Below, piece after piece: positions 1 through 13,919 of a stretch of 64,000 nucleotides of DNA. The stretch lies in the NCBI GenBank assembly GCA_051362555.1, contig CM120642.1, forward strand, positions 26,474,001-26,538,000, in the 5' to 3' direction. The notes below the pieces were generated by a model, which was not told the DNA's origin, ran no database searches, and saw only the letters and a program-made list of their open reading frames with translations. A program made the position numbers and the translations under genes. This DNA is from Lingula anatina. Lineage: Eukaryota > Animalia > Brachiopoda. Numbering within the stretch: position 1 is the first letter of the stretch; each line of letters opens with the position of its first letter.

Positions 1-54
1 CCAAAATCTTTTACATGTAAAAAATTAAGCACTATCTTTCTGGTTTTCTTTTAG

Positions 55-3000
55 ATGATGACTCTGGCAGTGTATCCTCAAACAACACCACCAACACTGA
101 TGTGGACGCCAACAGAGGTATGTTGGTAATGTTCTGAAACTTATAAGGAAGTATGGTAATGAAAAAGACATCATGAGAGATAAAACATTTTTGGTTGAAA
201 CTGTTTTTTTTCTGATCAAGTAAATGAAATGTCATTGAAATGTTGTTTTGAAGAGTTTTCATTTCATTTGGAACCTTTGTAAAATGTCATAAACTTCTTA
301 AGTGCCAATGTTTGATTCTAATTTCAATTTTTCTAGTCTGCTCATTTGAAAATAAACAAAATTGGTTTATTTTCAGCCAAGAGACAGAAAACGGCCACCA
401 CAGAGTCCCCTCCTGTTGTTTCACTAACACAAACCTCACAAATGCCTCCAGTTTTACCGTCCAACATCATCGTGACGGTTCCTACACATCCCCCACAGCT
501 TATCTTGGCCACAATGGTGTCGGTGGCGCCCCAGAGTGGCATGCAGGTGATGCCAGTGTCAACACTACCTATTACAACTGCGAGCAGTATAACAAATGTG
601 GAGCAGGTGAAACTAAGGTCACTGCTGACGGAACCCAGGAAGGTCAATTCTGCCGCACTGGTGACGTCGAGGTCGCCTGTGGTGCAGGATGTAAAGGTGA
701 ATAAACAAAGCAAAAACTTGGAATATACAGATGTTTCATGCTTCATCTGAATGAACGTGACCACATTGTCTTTTTCTGGTCTACAACATCATGCACTGTA
801 TCAAAAAGAGAGAGACTTTCTCTATTGTTAGATCCTATTAGATAACTTTAAAATAATTATATGTCTAAACCCCTACATGGGTCCATTACAGCAAATTTCG
901 TATATTAAATTCATTTTGATTGGTGGACTTTCAGCCTGCCACCCAGCAGACCTTGCCCCCACAGATGTTTGGTGGTGTTCCCCTGCCAGTGACCCCTCCA
1001 AAGACCCCAGACACTGCCAGCGTGGCCAGCACCTCCAGTAACAATAGTATCAGGTCCACCAGCCCTGCTGCTGCTACTACTGATAAGGTAGGGAGAAGAG
1101 TTTGGTGTTTGGGGGCAGTTCTAGATGTGGAGGTTCATTTTATATTTTGATGAAGGGCCATTTCAAAATATTTTCTCCTTTGTTTGACTTGGTTTATCAT
1201 CAGTTGACAGTGTACTATTATGCCATTATTTTTGCATCATACACCTTTATGTTGTCATTTGATTATTTTGATTAAACTGACCACTTCTTATTATTTGCTA
1301 AGTCTGTGAATGGAGACACTGGGGCATTTTCAATTTTTGTCTGCTTGATTCAGATTTCTGTAAAGAAGCAGTTGTGAGATATTGATACTTTGGTAGCAAA
1401 CTTTGATAACTTTCAGGACAAAAACTTTCTCTATGACAGCAGACTTCTCTGAAACGTTTCAATAATTTTTCATCTTTGATTCAGATTCCATCAATAAAGA
1501 AGCTACGTCCAATTCTGCCTGCACACGACCGTGACCTCATTCCTTTGTGTTGTTGCAAGATCAATGGCACGGCCTTCGCCAACATGAACCGCACAGTGTA
1601 TTGTCAGGCCTTGGAATCCATTGATGGGAAGGTAAGGCATGAGAAGGTTATTATAAGGCCCTTGAATTCATATGGTAATACATGCAACTTTAAGGCCACT
1701 GGATGTCCATTCTGTGTTAAGGTATTTTCTTGGAGATACTGACCTCATCTTGCATTCTGACTTAACCGTTTCAGATCACTGGTTGCTGTAACCGTGTCTC
1801 CCTTTCCATGCTGGTACGACCTGCAGTGAAGATCCCCTTCATGGCGGTGTGTGAGGTCCACAGGAAGCGTCTTAAGCTACACCAGTGTTGCCCTGGCTGT
1901 GGTATCTACTGCTCTCAGGTAAACAAGTGTCAAGGAGATACCTCTTTCACTTGATCATTAATCTGAATGTCAGATCATTAATTGCAGTTTGCAATTTCTG
2001 GGTATTGACTAATTGGTTTTGCATACGTTTTGTTTTTAATAAAGATAAGATATTTCATAGTTATAATTTTCAATTTTGAATTAATAATTAAGGCAGTTGT
2101 TAAACGTTTTTTTCATTTTTTTCTATTATCCAAAGATTACATCACAGATTACAGTTTTAGTTAACAATTTGTATCATCTTTTCACTCCGTTTGAATACCT
2201 CTATTTCATTTTTCCCCTCCACAGGGCAAGTTCTACCAGTGTAAAAAGGAAGGAGGCTCTGTGATCCACATCTTCCACAAGGAGTGCCAGGTGTTTAAGG
2301 ACAGCAAATTTTACTGCCCTCACTGTGGAGAGGAGTCCTTGCAGTGCGAGGTGAACATCAGGCTGAACGAACCCAGCAGCGTGTCGATGACCTCGTCTGA
2401 TTTGGTGCGGAAGACAAAGCCAAGTCCCAGGTAGGTGGCAGGGTTGTTTGTCTGGCAGTATGCCTTATTTCATGATATCATTTTGGAATGATGATCAGAA
2501 CATTATATTTCTAATAATTCTTTAAAAAATAAAGATGTAAACTGCTTGAACAATTAACTCATTTTGTTTAGCATTAAAGAAAATGTTTTTGTGTGGTGTA
2601 AAGGGCTTCTTTTGACATGACACAGTGTACACAGTGATGAAATATTTTAGTTAACCTAGAATCAACTTTCAGTCGTCTGGTTTTACAAACGAATTGCTGG
2701 AAGAAATATTTAACAATTTTGTCTGCCTTGGTATTTCAGCAAAGCCCGTATGAGTTGGAGTGAACTGAAAGATGCCAAATCAGAAGGTTTGGACTTGAAT
2801 GAGGAAGTGTTCAGTCATACTTTCAAGTCTGGGAAAACACTGTCCACAGGTACACCTTATCTAAATATTATTTCTGAAAATAACCAATAAGGAACGAGAA
2901 ATAAGGAAAATTTTCTGATGAGTAATATGCAAAACGGGCATTGATGGTGATACATTTAATGAATATTTTAATTTTCAAAAAGCATGTTTAATTTTGGTCT

Positions 3001-6000
3001 ATTCTAAAAGGAAGCAATTCACCTTGAACATTTGGTTTATGTCTTCACTATCTTCTGTTTATACATTAGTAAGTAATTTCTAGTGATATGTTTTAGAATT
3101 TTGTTTTGTTCTCTGTATTATATACAGCATTAAGATGAATGTGAATCACTGCTTAAATGAACTCTTAATTCTTTTTATTGTATTGGAAATGTGTAAAATA
3201 GTATATTATATTGTTTATATAATATTTGTCATTGGCCATTCCTTTTTAGCTGGTATTAGACCTGGTGCATTTAAAGGAGATATCAAAAGATTGGTGGAAC
3301 TGCTGGAGATGGAAAGGTAATGTCACATCAGAAGTTTGGAGCACTCATATCAATTTCAAGATCAAGTTTTCAAAAATCCAGGGCCCTGAAATTTCATGAA
3401 AAAATAATGCATTAAAAAAATTTACGCTTATAGATATATGCCTAGGGTCGTTATTGACCCCAATCTGAATAAATAGGGTTAATGAAAGTTGGAATTGTTT
3501 TCAGACCCAAAAAATATCGTGCCTTGCCTAAGAATATCTACATCCCAGTCAAAGCTCAAGAAACTGAGAAAGTTCTTTTTATGCTCGGTGAGTGTTTATT
3601 TATTTATTTATTTTAATAAAAAGTTATTTTATATCTTTTAATGTTAGAGTTCATTGGTTTCATGATGAAATTTTATGGTTTTTGCATGTTAATATATAGA
3701 AAACACTTCTGGGAAATAAGCACAAATAATTATGTTGGAGATTTTTTTAAAGAAAAAACATTCTCAGTTTTATACTTTATTTTTTTACAAATAACAAAAA
3801 TTTGATTTTTTCATTGAATTTCCCACATGAAAAGTAAAGCTGCACCAGATTACAAAACTATTTATGATAAAAGAATTTATGAAATGCCATTATTTTCAAA
3901 AGTTATTCATCTATTTGAAATTTTTCAGCCGATGGAGCTGAGCCCAATGAAAAGTTTGAAGAAAACAATGGGCAGACAGTACTCCATGTTGCAGCTGAAA
4001 GCGGGCAGAGGCTCATGGTCTACTTACTACTTCAGGTATGATGAACAACAACTGTGTGAGCTTTAAAACTTTACAGCCCACTTTTTATCTCAACTAGTAG
4101 GCCTCAGAAAACTATTACTGCAATATGAATTTTGTGGATAATGATAAAAAAGAACAAACCTTTTTGATTTGTATCTGTTGCAACAACCATTCTTATGGTC
4201 AAGAAACTTTTCAAAAATTTTGCTTTTTCTTGATCTTTGATTTCCTGCTTCAGACTTGCTAGCAACCTAGAACAGGGTTATAGAGAGTATTCTAAGTGCA
4301 TTAGGAGTTAGATAAGACCAACTGGATCATAGTGCTACTACCAAGTCATGAAAAATTTATACTTAGATCCCTTCTATCTCCTGACAGCTTCATAAATTAA
4401 GTGCTTTGTTTGACTTTTTCTTAGAAAAAAGAAGAAAACAGAAAAATAAGATCACTAAAGAACATGCTAGAATGTCAGAGTCAAAGAACTCTGTTAAACT
4501 TTTTTCATCCAAATCACAGTCAAATCACAAATGTTTCCAGGCTGGGGCCAGTCCCAATGTGTCAGACAAGGATTTCTACACACCTTTGATGAGGGCGGCA
4601 GAAAATAACCATGTGGAAATCATGGAGGATTTGATCAGAGCAGGGGCAGAGGTTCAGGCGAAGGTATGGAAGACAGACACACAAGCGTTTGGCCGTATTT
4701 ACAGTCCAGCAGGGACAGCTTAACTTAGAACCTAATCTGTGTTTAATAGTACCTGCTATCATAGCAGAATGGATGAGTATGATAATTAACTATGTACATA
4801 TGTAGGCCTTTTGCAAATAGTGCAAGACACTCATCACACAAGCACTCGCTTCCATATTGTGTATGAAATGTTTTGTAGAACAAATTACAGCAGCTGTCAC
4901 TACAATTTAAGACTCCAAGAAAATGAACTAGAAAAACATATTTAGAAAATTGGCAAATGTGAGTTACTTTACAAGTTACAATAAAGTGATCCTAATAATA
5001 ATAATTCTTATTTTCAATGCAGGGTGAGGATGGTATGACCTGTCTCCATGTTGCGGCCAGGTCTGGTCACTTAGAGTCCATCAAGTACTTGTTAACTGTT
5101 GACCAGGTAGACATCAATGTTAAGGTATGTGAAAAGACTTAAATATCTTTGATATGATTGGACATTCATTGAAGGTTTTAACCATTACACATTAGCATAG
5201 GTACCTTAACTGAAAGATTTTAAGCACAGTTTCTTTAAGTTTGATTAAGGAATTAATAAAAAACTGATTTGAATTGGAAATTGCCTCTTACATCAGCATA
5301 GTTATTTTTCTCATATATGTTTGTATTTTCCTTGTCAGTTGTTTTTATGGACTGACACTGTGGGACATAAAGCCATCACATGTGTCTGTTGTAGCTGTTG
5401 CCAATACCATTGCCATAGTTGTACCCCTTCCCTCATTGTCACCATGAAAAGGAAAGTAATTTTTCTTACAAGAATTATTCTAAGTACTAAAATTGCCACC
5501 CTGATTGTATTTATTTGTATATTTATTTCTTTTCTTCCTTTTTGTTATCAGGATGACGGTGGCTGGTCCCCTATAGTTTGGGCCTCGGAGCACAGCCATG
5601 TTGAAACTGTCAAATACATGCTGGATCATGGAGCTGACCCTAACATGAGGGACAATGTAAGTGACCAGTCACTAGGGTTGTCATAATTTGATGACCAGTA
5701 GTGGTTTAAGTTTTCATTATGTTGATGATGAATGTGCTTTTGGTTATTGTAGTTATATGATAAGAGAATTGATGGTGCCATTCTAAAGTGCATGGTATTG
5801 GCCTTGTTTGACAGTATGCTCTGAAATTGATTTTATGTTTGAATAACTATATTTATTTTAGGAATTTCTTTCTCATTTTATCTAAAACTTCAACTCTCTT
5901 GAGCATAGTTGATTTAAGCTAAAATCTATCACAGTCTAAGAGTCAAAATGAAATTCAAAATATTGTTAGGTTAAAAGAAAGCCCGACTTGGTGACATAAC

Positions 6001-9000
6001 TGACTCCCTTGATTTATTTCAGGAAGAGAACATAGCACTACACTGGGCAGCTTTCTCTGGGAGCATAGACATTGCTGAGCTGTTCTTAAACTATGGGTGC
6101 GACTTGGAGAGTGTGAATGAACATGGAGACAAACCTTTGTACGTATCTCTTTCACTTTATGTTATAAATACTTCATTATCATATGTTACAATCACTTGTA
6201 TGTTTTTATGTTGAAATATGTTCGTTTTAACTCTATCATGGTTCTTAATGTACAGTTTTTATGATGCCTTAAGGTACCATTGCAAATGTGTATACGGAGT
6301 CAGTGAAAGGATGTGACAATAATTGTATGCAATTATTACATTTGTTTTTGTTTTATTTGTACTATTTGTGAAGTGATATGACAATTTTAAAAATTCTTGC
6401 TGAAAATATTTTCTCCGTCATTATAGACACATAGCAGCCAGGCAAGACCACTATGAGAGTGTTGTGTAAGTTGCTCTATATTTGAACATTTGTTTTCAAC
6501 TTTTTTTGAAGATTTGAGAAGATTTTTATGGGCCAATGACCCCCATTTCCATTCTACTAGATATCAGTTATAAATTATAATTTAAAACAATAGATATCTA
6601 CTATACATTAATAAAATGAAACACATTTTAAAAACCAAAGAGCTCTTTGTAAAGTTGTGCTTTTGGAAAAACCTCGGCCATGCTATAATATCTCTTACAA
6701 TGTTATTTTTCCACTTCAGATTATTCTTAGCTCGGGGTGCTGATAGTGAAGCTAGAAACAGAGAAGAGGAAACCCCATTATCAGTAAGTATGCAGATGAG
6801 ATGACTAAAGATTCTCATGATTACTAAAAGGACACAAAGGACAATGCTAAAACAGACTCCTAATTTGGTTTTCAAAATCCAAAACAGATTAAATGGGTCA
6901 TTGAACGGTGGTATCAGCTTTGAATACAAGTCTTAGAACAAGTGTTTTCATAATTTTTGTCCCAAAGGATCAGCAGGCTAAATACAGTTTAGCACAGGCT
7001 GTGTCTAAACAGTGATTAATTTAAAAGAAGTGTTTTTCGCATTGTATAATTACAGTGCTGCCCCAACAGAGACAGCCCTACGTGCTTAGCTCTGAGGGTG
7101 AACAGACATTTGAGAAGTCTAGCCATGGCTAAAAGAATTCAACGACCTGAGAGACTACTTCACAGGTAAGTGTATCTATAAGTTATGATGATGTCAATTA
7201 CTTTGAATTACAAAAAATAAAAATAAAAAAAATAAAAAATGAAAAACTACTACAATAGTATTTTTTAATCATAAATATGTTTTGTATGTTTATGTTAGAA
7301 ATATAAGTCAGAGCCCTGTTTTATTTGGGGATATCATTGTACAGTAGTATTATAATGACAGCCTAACTTAATTGTAGAATATATCAATCTGTTATGCTTT
7401 GTGTTGTCAGTAATATTTTTTTGTGAATGATACAACTGTGCATAATTTAGTAGAAATGTATTATTTTTACCTGAATTATATTTCAGGGATATTTCTTTGG
7501 GTCGAGAACAAAATGTTATAGCCTGTGTCAATGCAATAGATGACTACGACTATCCAAGGGACTTTGTATATGTTATTGAGAATGTCCAGACGGAGCCCAT
7601 GAATATAAATAATCTTATAACAAGCTTGCAGGTAGAGGACAAAATTAAGACTTTTCTATGCCTGAAAAAAATTTGTTTGGTTTGAAATAAAACCTGAGCC
7701 TGTATGTTATACCTTCCATTGTTGTTGGCCCATGCTTATGTATACTGTTTTAAACACATATATTTTTAAATAATGCTAAACTTACAAATGGCACTGAATA
7801 AATAAACCTTAGTAAATAATTACATTAAAATAGACAAAGTCAGACAAGCTGTGTAATATGGAAGTTATAGAATATTTTTAACTGTAAGACAAAGGCCAGT
7901 TCCAGTGTTTTGGTTATTTTAGTGGCCTTCTGATTCTGTAAATCTAAAAAATAATATTGTTTCCAACTTTTCAGCATTGCAAGTGCAGAGATGACTGTGC
8001 CTCACTCCTGTGCAACTGTAGCAGGAATAGTGTCAGGTGTTGGTTTGACAAGGTAGGGATGTTATAGAATTATTGTGGAACTCGAAGCCACACAGTTCTC
8101 AAAGATGTTATAGGTCTACACAGAAGAATAAAAACGCACAATTTATGCCCACAGAACCTCTTATCTGCTTAGAATTTTTAACATTAAATTATTTTCTGTT
8201 TTGAAGAGCTGTATAAATCTATCTGCCTGTGAGGTAATTAAAAAAAATGTCTGTTTGTGTTGGTCCTATCAAAAGTCATCCTCAATCTTGAGATTTTTGG
8301 ACTTGTTTGACTTGCTATTAGAGGAGAAGTTAAAATAAAGCTCTCTTTCTACTATTTCCAGGAGGGTCGCCTTGTACCAGAGTTCAACCAAGCTGAGCCT
8401 CCATTACTATTTGAATGTAACAAAGCCTGCAGCTGTTGGATGACTTGCAGAAACCGTGTGGTGCAAAATGGGATCAGGTATGGATAAAATATTGCTAAAT
8501 CTAAAGTTAATCAATAATGACGACTGGTTTATTTAAACAGGAAAGTGTGTTCTGCTAGTATATATTGAGAGCTCTTGATAGGTCAATATGAATTTGTTCA
8601 CTGCTTTTGAGTTGTCAAGTTTGTTGACAAGAAATTTTATTGATGAAAATTTCATTGTTCTTGTGATGGATATGACCTTGACCTTGTATTTTACCTTGAA
8701 CTTGTTGATGAGACATAGGACATAAAATACGGAAGTTCAAGGACTTTGACACTTTTGCAGTTGGAAGTTGAGCACGTTATGTACCGATAGGATGTTAATT
8801 GTTTGCTTAAAAGATATTTCTGATATTTTCTTTACAAAATTTCAGTACCCGTCTGCAGTTGTTCAGAACCAATGGCAGAGGTTGGGGAGTGCGCACATTA
8901 CAAGACGTACCTCAGGGAACATTTATATGCGAGTAAGAGATTTAGTCATGGGCTTTGAAATTGGAAAATATTGTTAATGAGAAATTCTGAGGTCTGGGTA

Positions 9001-10801
9001 TTTCTGAAACCACCCTAGCAAGTTTCTGTTACTACAAGTTGCTAAGTCATTTATGAATTAACAATTAAGTTTACTTATAATTGTTTAATAAATCAAAACT
9101 GTTCCAGAAATTGGCTTTATTGTAGATATGCTTTTTGTTAGCCCAGTATTCCAAGTTTTTGTTTTTGAACCCAGTTGAAGGTATAGAACATTTAGAATTC
9201 CAACTTCATAGTATTGATTTAAAGCAATCATTCTACCCTCATTTCAGATACATAGGGGAGCTGATCTCAGATTCTGAAGCTGATAGAAGAGAAGATGATT
9301 CATATCTTTTTGATCTGGATAACAAGGTATGGTATTTCCTTTTGTTGAGGTCAAGGTTTTCCCCAGAGAGCCATCCAGCCACCATTTGGTGACCGTTAGC
9401 CTCCAAAGGTGGCCCATATTTCCAAAGACACCTGGGCAGCTTGCAAGTTTTGGGGGTTGGTTGATTGGTAGGGCTTTCTTGGGTTGGACTCCCTGTTAAT
9501 CGATGACCAAATCACAGAATTCACATTTCAGGCTCCCTGTACCCCAATTGAGGCACTAGTGTGTAAGATGTAAATGGAGCTATGCTAGTACCATATATTT
9601 TTGATTTCGAGTAATTAATTTTTGATCTAGAACAGCTATCAGAGAATCACCATACTAATATTGTAGTGATAATAATCACTCACTTTGGAACAACATATAA
9701 TTGAAACAGCTGCATTTCACTCTTGCCACAAGAGCATCATCAGGCTGAATGGATAGGTGACAAGAGCTAAATATAGCTGTTACAGTAATATTTTTGTTCC
9801 AAAGAAAGTGATTTCTATCTATAAAACGTTGGTATATAGAAGTACTTGGAACCATGAACAATTCAAAAGATAATAATATTTGTTACAATATATGTATCCA
9901 TAATGGAAATAATACACAAGTGAAAAAAATCTCTAAGTCAATGGTTTGTGGGAATAACACCTATTTCTGTAATGTTTTGAATAATAATAACAAGTAAGAA
10001 ATAAAATGTGACTATAATGACAATTGCTTTGATGCTTTTGGTTTTGTATGAAACTAGTTCATGATTTTTTGCTCCAGGATGGTGAAACTTATTGCATTGA
10101 TGCAAGGCATTATGGCAATGTCAGTCGTTTTATCAATCACCTTTGTGAACCCAACGTCATTCCTGTCAAGGTGTTTATTGAGCACCAAGATCTCCGATTT
10201 CCGAGGATCTGTTTCTTTGCGTCCAGGGACATAAAATCAGGGGAAGAATTAGGGTAGGTTTGATCTTTATTGCCGAAAAAATTCAAATTATTTTTATAGC
10301 ATATGGATATACATTTTTAATCTTCATACAAGTTCAAATTTTTCAAAACCTTAAAATGTAATAAAAAATTGAAGATTGTGCATAGAATCTGTAAAACCAT
10401 TATATCTGTTAGAATAAAAACTTACACATTAGGTGATTGGGATTTAAAATGTCACAAAGAACATCATGGGTGATTTGAATGAATGCATGAATAAACCTGT
10501 CTTGAAAACTTGAGCACCATTTTATACTGTCTTATTTCTGTTTATACAATTCATTAACAGATTTGGCAGTTCGAGTTTTACAAAGACAAAATCATAATCA
10601 AACTTCACAAAAGCTATTCCTTTTCATTAATATAATTCACCTTTGACTTCCAGCTTTGACTATGGTGAAAAGTTCTGGATTATTAAATGGAAACAGTTCA
10701 CCTGTGCTTGCCAATCTCCAAAATGTAAATATAACAGCACAACTATCCACCGTACTATAGAGGAGTACAACGCTAGACAAGAGGAGGAACACGGAGAATG
10801 A
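55..10801 (+). CDS. EHMT1: Histone H3K9 methyltransferase EHMT1/EHMT2 (GLP/G9a) pro-ortholog, 5'-partial, 24 coding exons in window
   Basis: GT-AG exons: 55-117, 377-696, 935-1087, 1485-1631, 1775-1918, 2225-2430, 2740-2849, 3250-3316, 3505-3587, 3929-4035, 4541-4663, 5023-5124, 5552-5656, 6023-6138, 6427-6465, 6720-6783, 7056-7165, 7487-7631, 7975-8052, 8362-8477, 8846-8932, 9248-9326, 10078-10253, 10654-10801 (TGA). Cys-rich region ([14 protein letters not shown]), ankyrin repeats including [11 protein letters not shown], pre-SET cysteines, SET motifs [31 protein letters not shown] and ELGFDYG, post-[11 protein letters not shown]. Confidence 0.95.
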
Positions 10802-11219
10802 AATAAGAGAGCTCAAGACAACCATCTATTTAGGTATACAGGATGACCAGTAAGGAGGGAAGCCACAGGGGAAGAACGGGTGGTCGAATAGTACCCTTTA
10901 ACTAGTGAAAATTCAGTTTTGAAGAGGAATATAGAAACTGAAAATGTAGTACATCAACCCAGCCATCTGTCATACAAAAGAAATGTTCAGTGTAAGAAAT
11001 ACAGGAAAGGAAGTGTTAAGGAGGAGATAATGGTATTGAATTGGTATTGAGTGCTGTTTGGTTTAATTCAATGCCAGGCAGGTAGAGGGGTGAGAATGAA
11101 GAGAAGGATCATGTCAGTACCCAGGAGTATTTGGCAGAAAATATGTCACCGAACAAGAAAAGAGAGGAAAACTGTCGGGGACCATGCCAAGGCCACAGAG
11201 TATGTAGTGTTTCACCAAG

Positions 11220-11420
11220 GCTAAAAAGAAAACTTGGTATTAAAAAAGAAGCAACAGGCACAGCGGCCATTTTGTTTACATCCCAAACAGAACCAACATT
11301 AAATACTGTCACACATAAAGCTAAAAAGAAAACTTGGTATTAAAAAAAAAGCAACAGGCACAGCGGCCATTTTGTTTACATCCCAAACAGAACCAACATT
11401 AAATACTGTCACACATAAAG
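11220..11420. repeat. 100-bp tandem duplication (2 copies) in the putative EHMT 3'UTR
   Basis: gctaaaaagaaaacttggtattaaaaaa...ctgtcacacataaa occurs at 11220 and 11320, nearly identical. Confidence 0.9.
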
Positions 11421-13499
11421 TTTCAACTAAATGGGCAATGCACTGTAGTCACACACTTAAATTGCACACAGTATTTTTTGAATGAGAAGTATTATTCTTT
11501 TCTGGCGTCATTTTTAGAAGTTGATGGCTTTGAATGTAGATTATTTAAAGTGATTGTGGACAGTTGTATGTCTGCAAAGAATCTTATTCACCTCTTAAAG
11601 AATTATATATGCTCTGTTTTGTTTACATCAAAAAGTGCATGCTAGATTGCCACACCATAAAATATTTTCTGTATGGTTTCACTTGTCTTGGAATGAAATT
11701 TCTGTAATGGAAGTAATTTATTATTACCTCGCATTATGATGAGACTTTTAGTGGGTGGATTTTACACATTTTACATACAACCAAGCAATTTGGTTAATTG
11801 CTGTAAGATAAGAGCAAGGGAAGTTGTCTGGCAAAATATTATTGGAGAGGGTGTAAATAGTTGAATTATACATGTCTGTAAATTTATTTAGTATCATGTG
11901 GTATATACAAGTAGTATAGTTATTTACATCCTGATAACTATTGGATGCATATTGGTACTGTAACATGCAATTTTATTGTTTTAGCTCAAGAAATATTTAC
12001 TTAATTTCATGAAATAGTTGAAACTTATTAAATTGAAGAATAACTTCACTTGCGTGAGAGAGGAGCTGATTTGAGGTTTTAAACCAGCAGATTATGTTTT
12101 TGAGTGCAAAAGTGTCTAATCTTGTTAAGAGCTTTGTTAGTTATTTTTAAAATGTTCAGGCAGATATTTGGCTATAAAGCAACAGTAATTTTTAACTGTG
12201 AATGTGCAGCAAGCTTGGATTTATTGCGTGTGGCTTTATAGTTCTTAATTAAAAAATGCATTTTTAAAAAATCCACTTTTCACCAAAATATGCATTCTCA
12301 GTTTTAATTATTTTTGCAGAAACAGAAAAAAAGGCTTAAAATGAAGAAAAAAAGGTCCACTTTTCAGTCTTTTTTTACATCTCTCATAATCATTTTATTT
12401 TCAATACATTGTCTAATATTTTTGCAAAAGAAATCATCACCTGCCTAAAGAAGCTTTTGAGTGGTCATTCATTTTCAGCAAAATTGTCCAATTTTACTGG
12501 ATCTCATATGCTTAGTGATATTGTTTTTGTTTGGATAAAATTGACTTTTTTATCAGCTCTAAGTGAAAAATAAATTTGAAAAAAAAAATCCATTGGACTT
12601 TTCCTCTTATTTTTCACATTTACTCAAACCACATAACAGATTCAGATAAATTGTGTTAATTTCTTCATCGATTTATTTCATTGCAAGTAAACAATGTTTT
12701 AATTTGATCTGTTGTACAATTTGGTTTCATGGTAAAATCTCACAAGGAATATTAAAATGACGTGTTCGAATCTAGCTTTGGAGTATTTCACTTTAAATAG
12801 GCCTTGTGGAAAAGAACATCCTGTAGATAATAACCAGGATTTTGACAATTTTCCCACACTTGCCAATGGTTAATGAAGCTACTCCTACATTCAAAGTGGG
12901 GCCCATGATTTTTTTCTAAATTTAACAAGTTACGGAAGTATAGCCATTTATGAAGTTCCACATGGTCTAATGGTAAGCACAAATTCCAGAATTATTAGTT
13001 TTGGTGGTAAAATGGAATTTACTATATTTCTATGAGTTGTTTACAAGTTATTTATCGTGAAATATGAATCTCACATGAAGCATCGTTATCCCAAATTACC
13101 ATTCTTATTGTTTGAATACTGCAGCTAATCTAGGCAATATATTTTAATCAATAGAGCACAAAATTGCTTTTTCAGCAAGACCACTGTGACAATGAGAATT
13201 TCACAAACTTTATAATAAAGATATTTGTTAAAAATAATCTGTGTTAACTGAAAATGCATTCCATTGTGGGCACAAATACTATGAAGTATTGTACCTCAAC
13301 AATGGCAATAGTGGTTACAAGATGAAAATCTGAAAATGAAAGTCAGTACCTTAAAATCCACTTGTATTAATGACCACAACCTTTGCACATACATGTGATC
13401 AGTATTTTATTTGAAAACATGGCATGACAGAGCACTGGTATTTTGCACTTCATGTCTTTTTGATACCATAGAAACCATACCTTAACTTGCTATCAATGA

Positions 13500-13872
13500 T
13501 GATACAAACCAATGGTACCAACCAATGATATCAACCAATGGTACCAACTAATGATATCAAATAATGATATCAAGCAATGGTACCAACTAATGATATCAAC
13601 CAATGATATCAACCAATGGTACCAACTAATGATATCAAATAATGATATCAACCAATGATATCAACCGATGGTACCAATCAATGATATCAGCCAATGGTAC
13701 CAACCAATGATATCAACCAATGGTACCAACTAATGATATCAAATAATGATTTCAACCAAAGGTACAACCAATGGCACCACCCAATGGTATCAACCAGTGA
13801 TTTCAAGCAATGCTAACCACCCATGGTATAAATAGATAGTATCCACCAACAGCATCAACCGTATCATCAACC
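13500..13872. repeat. 13-bp minisatellite (TGGTACCAACCAA / TGATATCAACCAA), about 28 units, in the putative ATP13A1 3'UTR
   Basis: Units read directly; homogeneous over about 13513-13746 and decaying toward the ATP13A1 stop at 13920. Confidence 0.92.
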
Positions 13873-13919
13873 AAGTTTGAGACAGCTGCCAAATGATGTG
13901 ACACTAAATATGTTCGAGA

